Positions 37,110 to 51,993 of a stretch of DNA of 64,000 bases are shown in pieces. Origin of the DNA: Azolla caroliniana (taxonomy: Eukaryota; Plantae; Polypodiophyta); assembly GCA_043228905.1 (NCBI GenBank), contig JBHGNT010000014.1, positions 15,748,001-15,812,000 on the forward strand, in the 5' to 3' direction. Each line of letters opens with the position of its first letter. Position 1 is the first letter of the stretch. The translations under genes were made by a program, and so were the position numbers. The notes under the pieces were generated by a model. The model searched no databases and had not been told where the DNA came from. It saw only the letters and a program-made list of their open reading frames with translations.

Positions 37110-38902
37110 CTTTTAGCAAAAGTTACATTAATTTGTTTGTAACTCTCCATTGGAGGTTCTTGCTTATTTGCATTAACCCTCCATTTGTAATTTTCCAACT
37201 ACATTAAATTTTGAATCAAATAGTCATAACAATGGAACCTAATAAGAATTGGTTTTTTGAATCAGATTCTGTAACAATGGGGGCCAATTTTGTGCCTCGA
37301 GCATGAATGTAACATGATTATGTCTTCTCATTCCTTGTTTAATAAAGCTCTACTATTCAAGCAAAGCATGGATTAAATAGAGTAACTTGTGAACAATTTT
37401 GAGCATGATTAGATGTCTGTACAGCGGTGTACAATATGCGACATAAAAAGGCTGCACAGATAATTACTGTCATAGACAACGTTAAGACTCTCCATGGACA
37501 ATCAGGAAAATCAGAAACAAGAAAATAATGCTTAATCGAGGGAATGTTCTATATGTAATCAATCACAACATTGCATGCCCCCTGGCTCTGGTGGACGGTA
37601 TCCAGGAGAAACCTTTTGGACTGGTGCATGCGCTCAAGAATACCATGTATTTAAAAAAAATGCATTTGACCAAGATTACATGTGCTCAAAATTGTTGTTG
37701 AAGAATTCAGAGCTGCTGTTTGATTTTGGCTTGTTATTCCATTAAGCCATGTATGACACCTTGACCTTTTGAAAATCGTCCAAGCCTTAAAACTTGAGAG
37801 AGAAATGAGTTGAAAACATAATCTTTCAATCCAAATAAGTCGCACTAACTAATATTTAATAGAAGGGCAGATAACAAGACAAGCAAAGAAAATACAGTAG
37901 AATGGAAGAGACTGATGTGGCCAGTTATTTTGCACCCAAAGCAGAACTATCTGAAGAAGTTTCTCATGGCTCCTTTTTGGATATTCTTTGCAGTCAAGTC
38001 CCCAGTGCATACTCAGTGAAGTACAATGGTAGTCTATAGCAACTAATGCAATCAACGTCTACAATGTGAAGAATTGCAAATCTGAGATTGACAAGAGCAA
38101 CCCAAATATATGAACACATTGTCAAGGTTCCCCCGAATGGGATGTTCCAAGGATAATGCCAACCTAGAATCCTCAAACTCTCAATGATCATTTGGGTAAG
38201 ATATATGTAGGCATGTCAAACTCTCAATAGTACGATTATCCAAATCTTTTATCATGATAATCCATGACTTGCTGAAGCGTCCAAAACCCTCTCCAATAAG
38301 GTAGAAAAGCACCCTCAGATTTCTTACTATGGACTTAGTAGTTCAACACATCCTATTTTCTCAAGGTATGGCTTTGTATATCATGAACTTGACCTTTAGC
38401 TAATGTGGGTAAGTACATATCTAGATTATGGGCAAATGAGATCATTATAGGGTCCCTTACAATCATGCTTATATATGGGATAGTTTGACTGATCATCCTT
38501 CAACCTTGACAGGTAAGTTCCTATGAAGAAAATATCAATTAGTGCTGCTATTTATGCATTTCTTCTAATGATGAGCAAAGATCCAACTATATTGTCGTCA
38601 TACAATCAGGTCTTGAAGAAATATGGAAAACATCAATGTATTTCTATTCATTTGTACACTAGATGATCATTTGTAGCTCTTATATTGGAAAAACATAAAT
38701 TGTCCACATGATTTGAGATCATTGATAGGCCATGGACAAATGGAGAAATTCAGCATGCTAATTTGTAATGAAAAAATAAAACCCAGATTCTTTCTTACAA
38801 TTTAGAATCTTTTATTCCAGAAAATCAGTATGTGATTCATACAAATTTCCGTATCGCTGTAGTGACCCACTTTAACTGAACGCACACATAGTCTTTCTTA
38901 AA

Positions 38903-41900
38903 TCATTTCGGCCAGTATTTCGTGACAATGGTCTTTACCCGGCTTCGGCCATATGTAAGAAGTGCTGGTCCGACTATAGGGCAAGTACTTACAACTGCAA
39001 TATATGCGAGTAACCATAGCGTTCGTCGATTGTGCTGACCAATAGCTCTTCTACCCTTGTTGGAGGATGGTACTAGAAGCTTCAGGCTACTACCATGGCC
39101 ATTCTCACCACCTTGATTGGACATCCCCACAGATACTTGAATGCTTGGAGCTAACAAAGGCCGTCCATTTTCTTTCTCAATAGCATTCTTAAGGGTATCA
39201 ATCTAGAAAACAGTTAACAGTAATCATCTAGTATCAATCAGAATATCCCAGGAGGATAAAACTTACTACATAGGGGTATTCAAATAAATATCTGAAATAT
39301 GAAGGATATTTTGGCCTTTTGCCCTTAAAAACTATGCATACCTGTTGTAGAAACTGGGATAACAAAGATTCCAACATGACTAGCTCCGAAGAGTTCCTTA
39401 CAGACAACTTTAATAAATGATGGTAAGGTTCAGGAAGTTCTGAGCTTGTTGATGATGATGCTAAGTCCGTGCATACTGTTTTTAGCTGATTATGTCGTGC
39501 TTCACTATCATGTGAGAAGATACGCGGAGACCTTGTAGACACTTGAGCGACATCAATAATTTGTAATGCCTCTTGCTTATGCTCATCTTCTGGAATTATA
39601 TCTACTTCCCTTGTTATTGGAATTTCCTCAGCTGCAGCCACACTATGTTGAAAAACACTCACATAAGGAAATTTGTCCATATTGTTTTCTGGCAAGAGGG
39701 TCAACCCAGAGCTGACTGCTGCTGCCTATCACATATGAAAAGGAATCATCTTCAAAAACTCATTATAATTAACAGATTTGCCTGACTCTGAACCTAACCA
39801 TGCATGTTAGTGTGAGAGTTCACCTCTTTTGGGACATGCAATAAAGAAGTAGTGCACAACTTGTCCAAAAATTCAACTGTTGCATTCACCCACCTGTATT
39901 GCAAAAAAAACATCTGATGCTGCACATAATTTTGTAAGTTCCATGTCATAAGTCATTGAAAATGATTCCCCATTCACAGTCATCAATAATCATGATACAA
40001 ACGTTGTCGGTTGTGTCACCACAGAAATCTGAACAAGGGTTAGTTCGGTAAAGAAAAACTGGAACTGAAGTATCATAGACAAAGGTATAATAAGTGTTGC
40101 ATGAAACAATGTCCTAAGAAGATAAGGCGACCAAAACATGATCACATCTAGAGTTTTTTTATTTTCCTCTCATCTTGCAATTCCTAAGAAGCCCCTTTGT
40201 TTAATAGCAGAACATTTCTTATGATTCCACCTCAATCACGTTGTGGAATCAGAAAGCATTTTCTTTGGGTCTCTGCTCATATCCCTCTTGAAATTAGAGG
40301 TAGATAAAGAACATTCGAAGTAGATAAAGAATGCGGAAAATAACCATAGTGAAGCTATTTGAGCTTGCTTGAATATTTGGTTGAAGATTATTTGCAAAAT
40401 GATTGGGGCATTTCACAGCTAATTATGTAACAGGAAGGAAAAAGGTTGCTATAAAGTTTCCAATGCATTGGAAACAGGTTAGCTGCCTCAGGTTCAAGTC
40501 AGTGATCAAGATGGGATCAGTCAGATATTTACATAGAGTTTTTATTATTAGAAGTACTATGCATGAAATTCATAAATCACTTAATGCATGGCGAAAAGAG
40601 ATCATAAAAAGTCGCAGGACAATCGCCAACCAATGACTGATATTCAAGTTCATGGGAAGTTTATGGGAGTCTGGATAATCGGATGATTCACATAGCAACA
40701 CCGGCATGAGACAAGTCACAATAATTGAGTGATGGTGGATAAGGTGAGTAAGGTCAGACACTATGAGTGTAATTTAAGAATATGACCAGTAAAAACTTAC
40801 CAACCAAAATACAAGACCTAGAAGAATAAAAGTTTCAAGCTACATCTCTACTAGTCCACATACCACATATTAGAAGCTGTTAGGCCTTCAAAGAAAGCAA
40901 GGTGGCCTCCATGCTTTGCAAGTCCAAGTACAACATTTTTGTTTGTTCTGTTGGAAAATGAAAATGAAACATCAACCAATCATAAAATCTTATCATACTA
41001 CAATATTAATTATAGGTGTAACGCACCTACACTCATCTAAAGGAATAGCTTCTTTTGTACACACAGGATCATCCATTGAGCTTATGCAAAACAGAGGAAT
41101 GGATACAGAATGTAAGTAGTATGCACTACTACACTTGCGATAATATGTGTCAACAGTCTGCAAATAATGAATTCATGATAGTTCATCATTAATTAGAGAA
41201 AAATCAATGAAATATTTTGTTTTGAATATCATGCCAACAACTCACCTCGTACTGGCTAACGATGCGTGTGCAATGGTTATCAAAATCTCGAACTGAACGA
41301 GACTGAAAAACGTACCAATGTTTGTTTAAATACAAAATTGTATTTCGGCGTCACTTAATACTATTGAAAATTTTCAATAGCGAAAAATTTAAAATATACA
41401 AAGGTGTCAAAAGATAGAAAAGGAAGCAAATGCAATCAAGCAAAATAATGATTGGGAACGAGTATCTTGTAACGCCTTATCCCAAGCAATAAAATTTGTT
41501 CTATGCCAACATTCACAGGTTTCATGATACTTTACTCTTTCGCAATTCTACCCTTTCTAAACAACTCAAAGGGATCAACACGTATAAGATATGCATATGG
41601 ACAATTCTTGCTAATTTATCTATTCCAATTATACCTCTTGTTACACATGTCCGTTCCTTGGAGAATCTAGCACTCCCCTTTCCAAAGCAAATCCTGTCTA
41701 CCTAAGTTTGTAGTTTAGGCCTTATTTCCTACTGTGAAGGCATGGAAGGAGCTATTCAGCAGGTATACAAACCAAACCCGCTTTCATGACTATTTTATTT
41801 GGAAACATGTTGTCCAGGGACAATCTCTTTCACTAGCCATATCCAAAATTGTTCAAAGTATGAGGAAAGAGAAATAGTGTAGGTCTCAATAGTTCTAACT

Positions 41901-44900
41901 TTGTTCACAACACATTCTCACAATATCACTAAAATTTGGGATTGGAACATTTATTAGAGCATCCACAACTGCACACTAAGCTGTTACATGTTGTAGGGAA
42001 TTCTTAAACCCATTCAGTAATGACATTTAAATCACCTGGTCATTTATAGTGTATGAGGTGATGTACTTCACCAGCGAGCACTAATTCTTGTCATTTATGC
42101 CACAATTCTCCATCAAATATCTTTCCCGCACAATTATTTATTTATCATACATAGACCCTTGAATCCTGTATACTAGTTTGCTTTATCTATAGGTTACGAG
42201 TAATACTGAAATATAGGTGACAATACAAGAGAGCATTTATATGAACAACCTTGTGGGATTTCCTCTCGATTAGTTATGAAACCAATTAGACATCTGTTTA
42301 AATGCTGAGGAATTTTATCATTACAAACACAATAAAAAAATGAAGTCGTTTGTAGTCTCCCAAATATCTCACCGTGCTTATTAGGTCCCAATCAGCCATC
42401 TTTGAAAGAGCCACTTGATGCCTGCATTTTGCAACACAAGCACAGAGAAAATATAATTCATGCAGAAGATGCTTTCTAGTTTTATTCACTTCTTTTGTTA
42501 TGAGAGTGAAACAAGGCAAGTATAAACAGAAACTCAGTTGCATACATTTCAGCATAGCTTCTGAGGCCAAATGCTAGAATTTTATCATAAACTCTTTGTA
42601 TCATTCTCCTACATATAAACCTGTCACAAACCTGGAGTTCAGGAAAATCCTTTATCAATCAACCAATTCTGAAACAGAATATTCAACCAAATATGCAAAT
42701 CCGTACCAAAAGATCCCATGGACAGCAAATTGCAGCACCAGCACCCAGGAGTGTATTGTCTCCTTCCTCTCCAAGATATTTTACCTGTAAATACTAAAAT
42801 TAAATTAGGATGCATATATGAATTTCTAACTTATGTATTTACATGATATTTCACCAGTATGTTTGCCCCAATGCTTGTGCCAACGGCAAGGAGTGGGGCC
42901 TTAGGATACGTTTGATGCAGATGATGGATTATCCTGCGCAAATCCTCTGTCCATCCTGCATTATATAGCTGATTTGACTGCAACAAAGGCAGAAATATCA
43001 TACAATGGATACTACATAGATTCCTGAAGTTCTTTCCCAGAAAAGGAAGGAATATTTATCCTAGGGACAATAAACAAATTCGATGACTCGCTGATCCAGG
43101 GATTGTATCGAGTACAGTCAAACAATGATAAAGTTTCCCAAACACTCAGTAATGCTATAATGTGCAACCATGCCCTATAAGAAAGAAAAAAGTTCTCCAG
43201 TGCCTTATCTCATCTCATAGGTTGTCTCCTTTAACCTCTCCTACCTATCCAACAGTTGCAAAAGGTGAAATTCTACAGTCTTCATTTGAATAGATGAATC
43301 AGCTTTTCATAAAAAGAAAACTGAAATCCGAAACCCTAATTCACATATAACCTCATATTTAACATATACCACAAAACTACCCTCAGCTTACAAATCTGCT
43401 GTCAAGTGAATGAGTGAACAGAGAAATTTAGAAATATTAATGTCATTAACAGTGGCTAGTTTTCATTTAATTTATGAAAATAATGGGTCAAGCCATTCTT
43501 CCTTTCACGTAAAACTTCTGTTCTTCGCATGTGACATCTCCAAAGATGGTACCTTCATGTATCCAAAGGCAAGACTATCCTCCACATAGCTTGCACACAC
43601 ATATTACACTAGAGTACTGATAATGATATGGCACATAGAGCGATCCAAGGGTTTTGGTGTTTTCTGTGATTCTCAAACACAGAGTTTTGAATATTTACAC
43701 TGATATCTTCCACATAGCTTGTGCGCACATTTTACACTAGGACACTGATATTCATGAATGATATGGTACATAGAGAGATCCAAGGGTTCTGGTGTTTACT
43801 GTTATTTTCAAACACATGGATGATATGGCACATAGAGAGATCCAAGAGTTTTGGGGTTTTCTGTGATTTTCAAACTGTGGTTTGCATATTTACACTGATA
43901 TCCTCCACATAGCTTGTGCACACGTTATACACTGACCCACTGATATTCATGAATGATATGGCACATAAGGATTTTGGTATTTTCTGTGATTCTCAAACAC
44001 AGCGTTTTGCACATTTACAGTTGCTCTTATTCTCAATCATTCAAGTTATTCCCCTTCATATTTTGTTCTGTCATTGTTTATTCTCGATATTGATATTTAA
44101 TTCTGTTTCAAACAGTTGCTCTTATTCTCGATCATTGTTTAATATGTCAATTCAAATGCCTTGTCTGGTGACAACCGCAGGTACATTGATTAAGATTCAT
44201 GAAGATTCTGGCTACCTCAAAGAATTAAGAAAGAGTTCATTAAGGTTTCAGCATTGCCCATATTATCACGATTTGCAACCCAACTCAGAAGTCAGAAGAG
44301 CAGGAGGGATTGTGAAGATTTGGAAGAGTTCAATGGCCTACTACGCTATACTCCATTTATCATCAACACAAACTGAAGTACACTCCAAGAACTCATCTAA
44401 CAGTACCATTTAAATACCATTCTAATGGCAATCAAATTATTTACTATCCCTAGACCATACGGAATTCTGTTAGACACTTCAATTTACTATGGCATAAAGG
44501 ATTTCAAATGCTTGGACCATCAAACTATTGTCTAACTAACAGATCAATCACATAATGCCATTTCTTGCTATGTATGCACCAATGAGTTCATATTATCCAA
44601 ACAAGATGAAGAAACATCCTTACAGTAATAGATACACCTCCTAAACCACGATGATTGGCAACCACAACCCTCCGTCCAGATGCAGCAAGACTGTAAGATA
44701 TATGTTTCACATACTGGAAAAAGAACAGAGCCATAAGCACACAATAGAGTTACAGTACTTGAAAACCCTGTTATTACTACAGAAAAGTCAACTTACAGCA
44801 CCAGCTGAATCACTGGTTAACCCAGGTATAATAACCACTATGCATGTCTCATCCATGTCTACTTCCATTGATTTTCTCTCTATATTACTATTTCCTGCAA

Positions 44901-47900
44901 CTGATTGGAAAAATTAATCTACTATTAGGAAAACATATTACAGCTCCTACCAAACAGGAAAAATGTGCCTCCCTAATACATACCATTTATAGGATTTAAC
45001 CAATCTAAAGCAATGGTTCCTCCATCAGGTGTCCGATAAAGTTGCCTGGACAGGTAAATGAAAAACATGTACGTGTGAACATTGTACATATCCTGTCTAG
45101 CAATCAGATCAGATTTACCAAACCAAGGAAAAAAACAACGAGAAGAAAGAGGCAAGCACATAATCAACTGCAACAAAATAAAGCCTCATTTTGCTGTCAT
45201 GAAGACCCTATCAGTCAATTTTAAGGCCAACATTTGTAGCCCTAACTATGCTTGCTAATGAATGTGATGCTGGGAATTCAAAATGTTGGGAAACAAGGTC
45301 CCTCCGGATGGGAAGGAGAACACGAGCCGGATAAGTTGGATCCCAAGGAGAAGAAAGGACGGACCCAGATCCGGATCAGTGTCCAGATCGAATCTGGATA
45401 GGCATGCGAAAGAGGCCACATCTGTAAATAGGTTTAGCGTTGTGCCTATTTAGGTCAGATTTGTAAATAGTCCTAAGTTATATAAGTATAAATACAACTA
45501 GGGCAAAAACGTTAGGTATGATGTTCATATTGTTGTAACATTGTGCGCGAGTGAGAACGTGAGATAGTGAGAGAGAGAGAGAGTGAGCGTGTTGTTGTGT
45601 CTCTGTTGTAACCGCCATCAGGCGATGAAGACGAGCTCGAGATTGCTGCCTGCGAGTCTCAGTGTATTCCTCTCATATCATAGTGAAACAGTTCGGAGTT
45701 CAAGGACTCCCGTGATTTTTTCCCTATTAGGGTTTCCACGTTAAAATACCTTCTCTATATTTGTGTTTTTCTGTTTTCTGTCGGTTTAAATCTTTGCACC
45801 TCTCATACGTGAATCTAGAACCAGTTGTGGCTGGCTTCGATCTCTACGAACTGCTATCAAAGCGATGGAAGACTCATTTGGCAGCATGTTCAAACTTACC
45901 AGCTCCAACTATTCAGTGTGGAAGTCGAAGATGAGGGACATGCTAATGTGCAAAGATTTATGGTCGCCAGTGCAGTATGGTAAGACCAAACTGGACAAGA
46001 TTGATGCATCGACTTGGGAAGTCATGCACCTGAAGGCAGCAGCATACATAAGATGTTTTATAGACATGAGTCTATACAACAACTTCAATGAGGAGAACAA
46101 GGCAAATGTCCTCTGGGAGAAGTTCAAAATGTCGTTAATAGAGTCTCACTGTTCCGGAAAATAGTGAGACTCCGGTATCAAGATGACTCTAGCATGGCGG
46201 AGCATCTAAATGCCTTCCAAGGGTTGATAAACCAAACCACCTCTCTGGAAGTACCTCTAGCCGACAAGGTACTAGCATTATTATTGGTGGGATCCCTTCT
46301 AGACAAGTGGGAGACACTCGTCGTCACACTGGTTAATGTCGGACAGGAAGGGAAACACTTATCCCTAGAGAAGGTGAAGTCAAGCTTGCTGAATGAGGAA
46401 GCTCATCAGAAGGATAGAGAAGCAATTCTGACCCAAAGGCCTTAGTCACGGAAGGTGACACGAATCGGGGAAGAGGCCAGAATAGAAGTCCCCAGAACCG
46501 GGAAAAGTCGGGGACTAGGTCGAAGGGGGAGGCCCACATGCTTTTACTGTGGGAAGCCAAGGCACTTCCAAAAGAATTGTCGACACTTCAGAAAGGACAA
46601 AGGGGGAGCCGACAATGCGGATCCGAAGAAGAATCCGAATCAAAAAGGTACTTCAGCAATCGCAACAAGTGAGGAGGAGTTGTTGTTGATCAATGAGCAG
46701 AACGAAGTGAATCTTGTCGACGATGAATCAACATGGGTGGCCGACTCCGGATCGTCGTTTCACCTAACCCCCGACCGGAATTGCTTCTCATTGTACAAAG
46801 CCGGAGACCACGGTTTTGTGAAGATGGGGAATGAAGGAGCATGCCGAATTGTTGGCATAGGAGAAGTGTGTTTGGTAACCTCAACCGGGTGCAAATTAGT
46901 GTTGAAGGATGCCCGACACATTCCGGAAGTCAGATTGAATCTTATATCAGCCGGTCGGCTAGATGAAGGCTACACGGGTAGCATCCGGAACGACATCCTG
47001 AAGTTCTGCAAAGGAAGCTTGATCGTGGCCCGAGCCCGTAAGACCAACACATTGTACCTAATGCATGCTCGAATATGCCGGGAGGAAGTGAACGTGGTAG
47101 CCGACACTACCGGTGAGCTGTGGCACAAGAGGTTGTGTCACATGAGCGAGAAGGGGATGCGAAGACTTGCCGACGACAACCTCATTCCGGAGGTGAAGAA
47201 CGTGCAACTTGAGAAGTGCACCGATTGCTTGGCCGTCAAGCAGAACAAAACCTCTTTCCGAACCAGGCCCCCGACAAGGAGGAAAATGCCGTTGGAACTC
47301 ATGCATACAGATGTATGATACGTGGACACTAAGTCACATGCTGGTTCACAATTTTTTGTGACCTTCATTGATGACTATAGTCGAAAGTTGTGGGCTTCCG
47401 CATTGAAGACGAAGGACCAGGTGTTGTCGGTCTTCAAGGAGTTCCAAGCGAGGGCCGAGAGGGAGACCAACCAGAAACTGAAAGCAATCCGAGTGGATAA
47501 TGGAGGAGAATACCGAGGACCGTTCGAAGAATACTGCCGAGCGAAGGGAATCTGACTCGAGTACACCATACCGAAGACGCCAGAGCTCAGCGGACTGGCC
47601 AAGAGGATGAACCGGACCATCAGGGAGAGGGTCCGAAGTATGTTAGCATATGCCAAGCTGTCCAAGATGTTTTGGGCTGACGCGTTGATGACGGCTGTGT
47701 ACGTGATAAACAAATCACCCTCAATGCCCTTAGACGGAGATATTCCACAAAGAGTGTGGACCGGCAAAAACATCTCCTACCGACATCTGAGGGTGTTCAA
47801 TTGTCTTGCCTACGTGCATGTGCCAAAGGACCAAAGGGGAAAACTGGATCCAAAGATGCGGCCATGTATATTTCTCGGATACGGCGATGACGAGTTCGGC

Positions 47901-50900
47901 TACCGGCTGTGGGACTTAGTCGACAAGGTCATTCGGAGCTGAGACATAGTCTTCATGGAGGAGGAGACTATTGCGGACTGGTAGATTTCGTCGAAATATT
48001 TGACCTAGTAGTGAAGATAACATCCATTCGAACTATGTTGAGCATAGCAGCCAATATGGACCTTGACGTCAAACAGCTGGATGTCAAGACGGCATTTCTG
48101 CATGAAGACCTTGAAGACAAAATCTATATGCAGCAACCAAAAGGATTTGCCAAGAAGGGAAGGAGAACTTGCTATTCCAGTTGAAGAAGAGTTTGTATGG
48201 ACTGAAGCACGCTCCCCGGCAGTGGTACCGAAAGTTTGAATCCTTCATGGCCGACCAAGGATACCATAAGGCGCAGGCCGACCACTGCGTGTTCGTGAAG
48301 AAGTTCGACGGAGGAGATTTCCTCATACTCCTGTTGTACTTGGACGACATGCTGATTGTCGAACGGAACCATATCAAGATCGGAATGCTAAAGAAGGCCT
48401 TGATCAGGTCATTCTCAATGAAGGATATGGGTCTAGCAAGACAGATCCTAGGGATGCAAATTGTCCGGGACCAGACAAGAAGTTATTGTGGCTGTCACAG
48501 GAGAAGTATGTGACAACGGTGCTCCAAAGGTTCAGTATGGAAAGCGCGAAGCCAGTCAGTCTGACACTGCCGACAAACAGCAAGTTGTCCGGGAGACAAA
48601 GCCCAAAGACGAAGGCAAAAAAGGCTGAGATGATGAAGGTACCCTACGCCTCAGCAGCCGGAAGCCTTATGTATGCGATGGTTTGCATTAGAACAAACAT
48701 CGGATATGCTATCGGAGTCGTCAGCCGATTCATGAGCAATCCAGGGAGAGAGCATTGGACAACAGTGAAGTGGATACTTCGGTACCTGAGAGGCACCTCG
48801 ACATGTGCCTCTGATTCAATTCAGGTAATCCCATATTAGAAGGTTTTACCGACTCGGACATGTCAACTGATGCAGATACCATCCGATCCACGTCCGGGTA
48901 TGTAATGACTTATGCAGGGGGAGCCGTTTCATGGCAGTCGAGGTTGCAGAAGGCCGTGGCGTTGTCAACCACGGAAGCGGAGTATATGGCCGCAACAGAA
49001 GCCGGCAAGGAGATAATCTGGATGAAGGAGTTCATTGGAGAGTTGGGGATTCGACAAGAAGAATTCCCACTCTACTGCGACAACCAAAGCGCCATCCACC
49101 TTGTGAAGAATGCCGCCTACCACTCGAGGACCAAGCACATCCAAAGGAGATACCATTGGCTCCGGGAGAGGGTAGAAGAAAAGGAGTTTGCTCTGATGAA
49201 GATTCACACAGCGAAGAACGGATCAGACATGTTGACGACGGTGTTGTCGGTAGAAAAGCTGAACACATATCGAAGTTGGGTCGTATTGACGAACCACCCC
49301 ATGCCAGAGTAAAGGGGGAGTGACTAAAATTTCATGACAAGTAAAAACTTGAGAATTATGGTTGGACATGTATGTGCTAAGCTTAATGATTTCACAAGAG
49401 CTTGACAGTTAGCTATCTATTTTTACTGCAAGAGTTCTTATCAACTATGATTTTATATAAGGTAGATTGACAAACACCAATCGTCATCCTATGAATAATT
49501 ATGTCTCTCCAAGTCAACGCATACAATCTGCATCATCTTTTGTCCGGTGAAAAAAATGCAAAAAGACCATGTATCCTGAAGTGGTTGTTAGTGTGCAGTG
49601 AGGAATTCTTAATTTTTGAGGGCAACGTACTAACCTAGAGTGAGAATGAGCAGGCATGCACCTATCTTTGCCAAAAGGAGGAAATCAATGACCCGAGCAA
49701 TGAGCATATCAACTTGGACTTCTATGAACCTCACATCCTTTGTGTGTAAGTATGATGTTTGACTAGTGAAGAGGTTTCAAGGATGAAATGGTGTAAATGG
49801 AGGTGAATCACGATGTTAGATGACAAGGCAGCATGTGACCATGATAGTGAGGTGCATCATATGTGCCTAATTTCTCAGGGCATTTGAAGATCAGATATCT
49901 AAGATCAAGAAAATAACTCTGTCAAAATTCCACCGCATAGTAAACCGGCAATTTCGACAAGCTGCATTCCCAAAGTATGTGATCTTCATGCTCCCTGAAC
50001 ATAGCTTACTTGAGTCTACTATTTAACACCAATGTCATGTACGAGAAACATGCACATCATAATGTCAACTTCAAAAATTCCAATCAGTTATAATAACGCA
50101 AATGATGGCATATATCAGGAGTCTCCCTCATGGCCATATATGGGTGTCGCCGGCACTCAAAGAATAATCACAGCTTTCTTTAGCTTCATCACTCCTCATA
50201 CTATAAGCCAATAGAGGGCTACACAAATGAGCTCACAACCAGGACATTGCAAAGGAGTTACAATAGATCGGGCAATAACAATTTGTCGTGCACATAGGCC
50301 CCAGCCTAATCTCACCATCCTTGTTATCGACAAAATTGCAGAGCTTCCCTCAGTTCCTTGACCCCTCCAATCTGGATTGGCCTATGCTAGAGATCTTTCA
50401 AAGACAAAAAGTACAATATATCTGACTTGAGAATCTTACATGTATAAATGAAGAGATTCTTTTGTCATGTCATAGTTCTATTTCTATTAACTTTTTTGCT
50501 TGGTTATATTTATTTTGGTTTGCGATTTTTCAAAGATGAGATAATGTTTTAAGATGTAATCTCTTGTTTGGTCTTATAGCCATTTTGGCCTCTTAAAAGA
50601 AGTTAATATATCTTTCTTTCTTGAAGGTTAAAAAATCTAAAAATAGAGATGCTTCCTGAGGAAAACGCTAGACAGATTTTATAACAAATATTACCGTTGA
50701 TAATCAAATGTTGGTGGTCGCCCAAAGAAGTGAAGAAAGGCTGTTTGCACATGGGGAGAACAAAGCCATGGGGTTGGCCAATACCTGCATTTAAAAGATA
50801 TCTCCAAATCATTTAAAGTTGTTTTCAATTCAAAGACTTATTCTTTCTAAAGGTACATCAGAGGTCCAAAGAATCAGAGTTAACGTGAAGATCTATTCTC

Positions 50901-51993
50901 CAGAAAGTGATAATCTGCAGAGAAGATTTAACCCAACAATTGCTGAATTTGTGTTTAGCATCCATGATAACCAAATCCATTAAGAGGCTATTCTACTATA
51001 TGCGTATAATCCACATTGCAAAGCATAATCACATTATTATTGACTTGTATTGTCCTTCATAGGAGGATGCCTGCCTACTATGATGTGCTGTGCCCCATAA
51101 AAAAGTACAAAAGTGAAGCATCCATCAAATCATTTCTGTAGTATTATAGATACATTAAATTTTGATTGTATCATAACTTGATGAAATTTCTTAACTATTT
51201 ATGTATCATCTTGATGGAAATTAAGATTACAGCGAATTTTGGCAGTTATCTATGGCTACATTAATCAACACAAACAAATAAATAAACATGAGGTGGAGGA
51301 CAATGAACAATGTAAAAACCAAAGGGAGATGATGCACCTTTGCTGATTGGCAATGGTCTAGCATGAATGATAAAAGCGTCATCATCCTCCATGGAATATA
51401 TCCACAGCATAATTTCCACGTATCTTCCATAGAATAAATCAAATGCTTGCTAATTGGATTGTGGTCAAACTAAATGTTTCCACCTTGCACTATCTCATAT
51501 CAGTGCAAGGGGGAATTTTAACAATTCAAATAAGCTTCATACTACATTTAACAAGTTGGATGCAATTTGTATCATCCCTAAGATAGACTCAAATCACGGG
51601 CTTGTTTTATATTGAATAATATCGTCTCCATGTCATGGATTGAACTCATCCAGCAAGGAATTTATAGTGCTAGGAATATGCTTTTCATTATGCATAATAT
51701 CACATACCAAAAACTATACAATCATCACTACAAGAGCAGCCGATCGGAGAAACAAGGGATTACCTCTTTTTGAGTATTTTGCATCGAGGAAGAACTTCAT
51801 GGGCTAAAGAGGATGCACGGTTGTAGAGAAGCTGTACAGGATGGCCTCTGAAAGCATTAAAAAGGTCCTCAAGGAAGTAGAACTCCAGAGAGGAGTAGAG
51901 AAAGCAGATGAGAAATACACAGGAAAGGGCAAAGTATTCCCAGGCAGGGACTTGCAAGGCAGCCTGGAGCAAGGCCATCAATCCGGATGCCAT
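38903..51993 (-). CDS. Alpha/beta hydrolase, ABHD1/ABHD3/EMB8-like (YheT family), about 645 aa, 15 exons
   Basis: Exons 51993-51764, 50784-50695, 45045-44984, 44900-44797, 44713-44624, 42977-42855, 42784-42707, 42631-42546, 42421-42373, 41302-41246, 41157-41027, 40947-40864, 39893-39824, 39725-39342 and 39202-38903. All are GT-AG and phase-compatible (1938 nt). Motifs PTPWL.SPH.QT, DGGTIALDW, PGLTSDS, NHRGLGG, GTSIG (Ser), DDP (Asp) and GGH (His), with hydrophobic segments at both termini. Confidence 0.93.
43575..44020. repeat. Intronic tandem repeat of about 120 bp, 3-4 imperfect copies
   Basis: Recurrent TATC.TCCACATAGCTTG...ATGATATGGCACATAGAG.GATCCAAG...TTCTGTGATTCTCAAACAC. Confidence 0.85.
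45284..49322 (+). mobile_element. Ty1/copia retrotransposon, degenerate, with an internal deletion and no 3' LTR; antisense in hydrolase intron 2
   Basis: 5' LTR from TGTTGGG at 45284 to about 45847, degenerate PBS TGCTATCAAAGC, gag ATG at 45865. Motifs: zinc knuckle CFYCGKPRHFQKNC, protease WVADSGSSFH, LWHKRLCHMS, integrase FVTFIDDYSRK and GKLDPK, RT LDVKTAFL, LKKSLYGLK and LYLDDML, RNase H ALSTTEAEY and RTKHI. The PPT AAGGGGGAG is followed by TG only. Confidence 0.95.
50140..50622 (+). mobile_element. LINE family B 3' fragment in hydrolase intron 2
   Basis: Homologous to 34045-34560(-). It ends GGTCTTATAGCCATTTTGGCCTCTTAAAAGAAGTTAATATATCTTTCTTTC. Confidence 0.85.
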
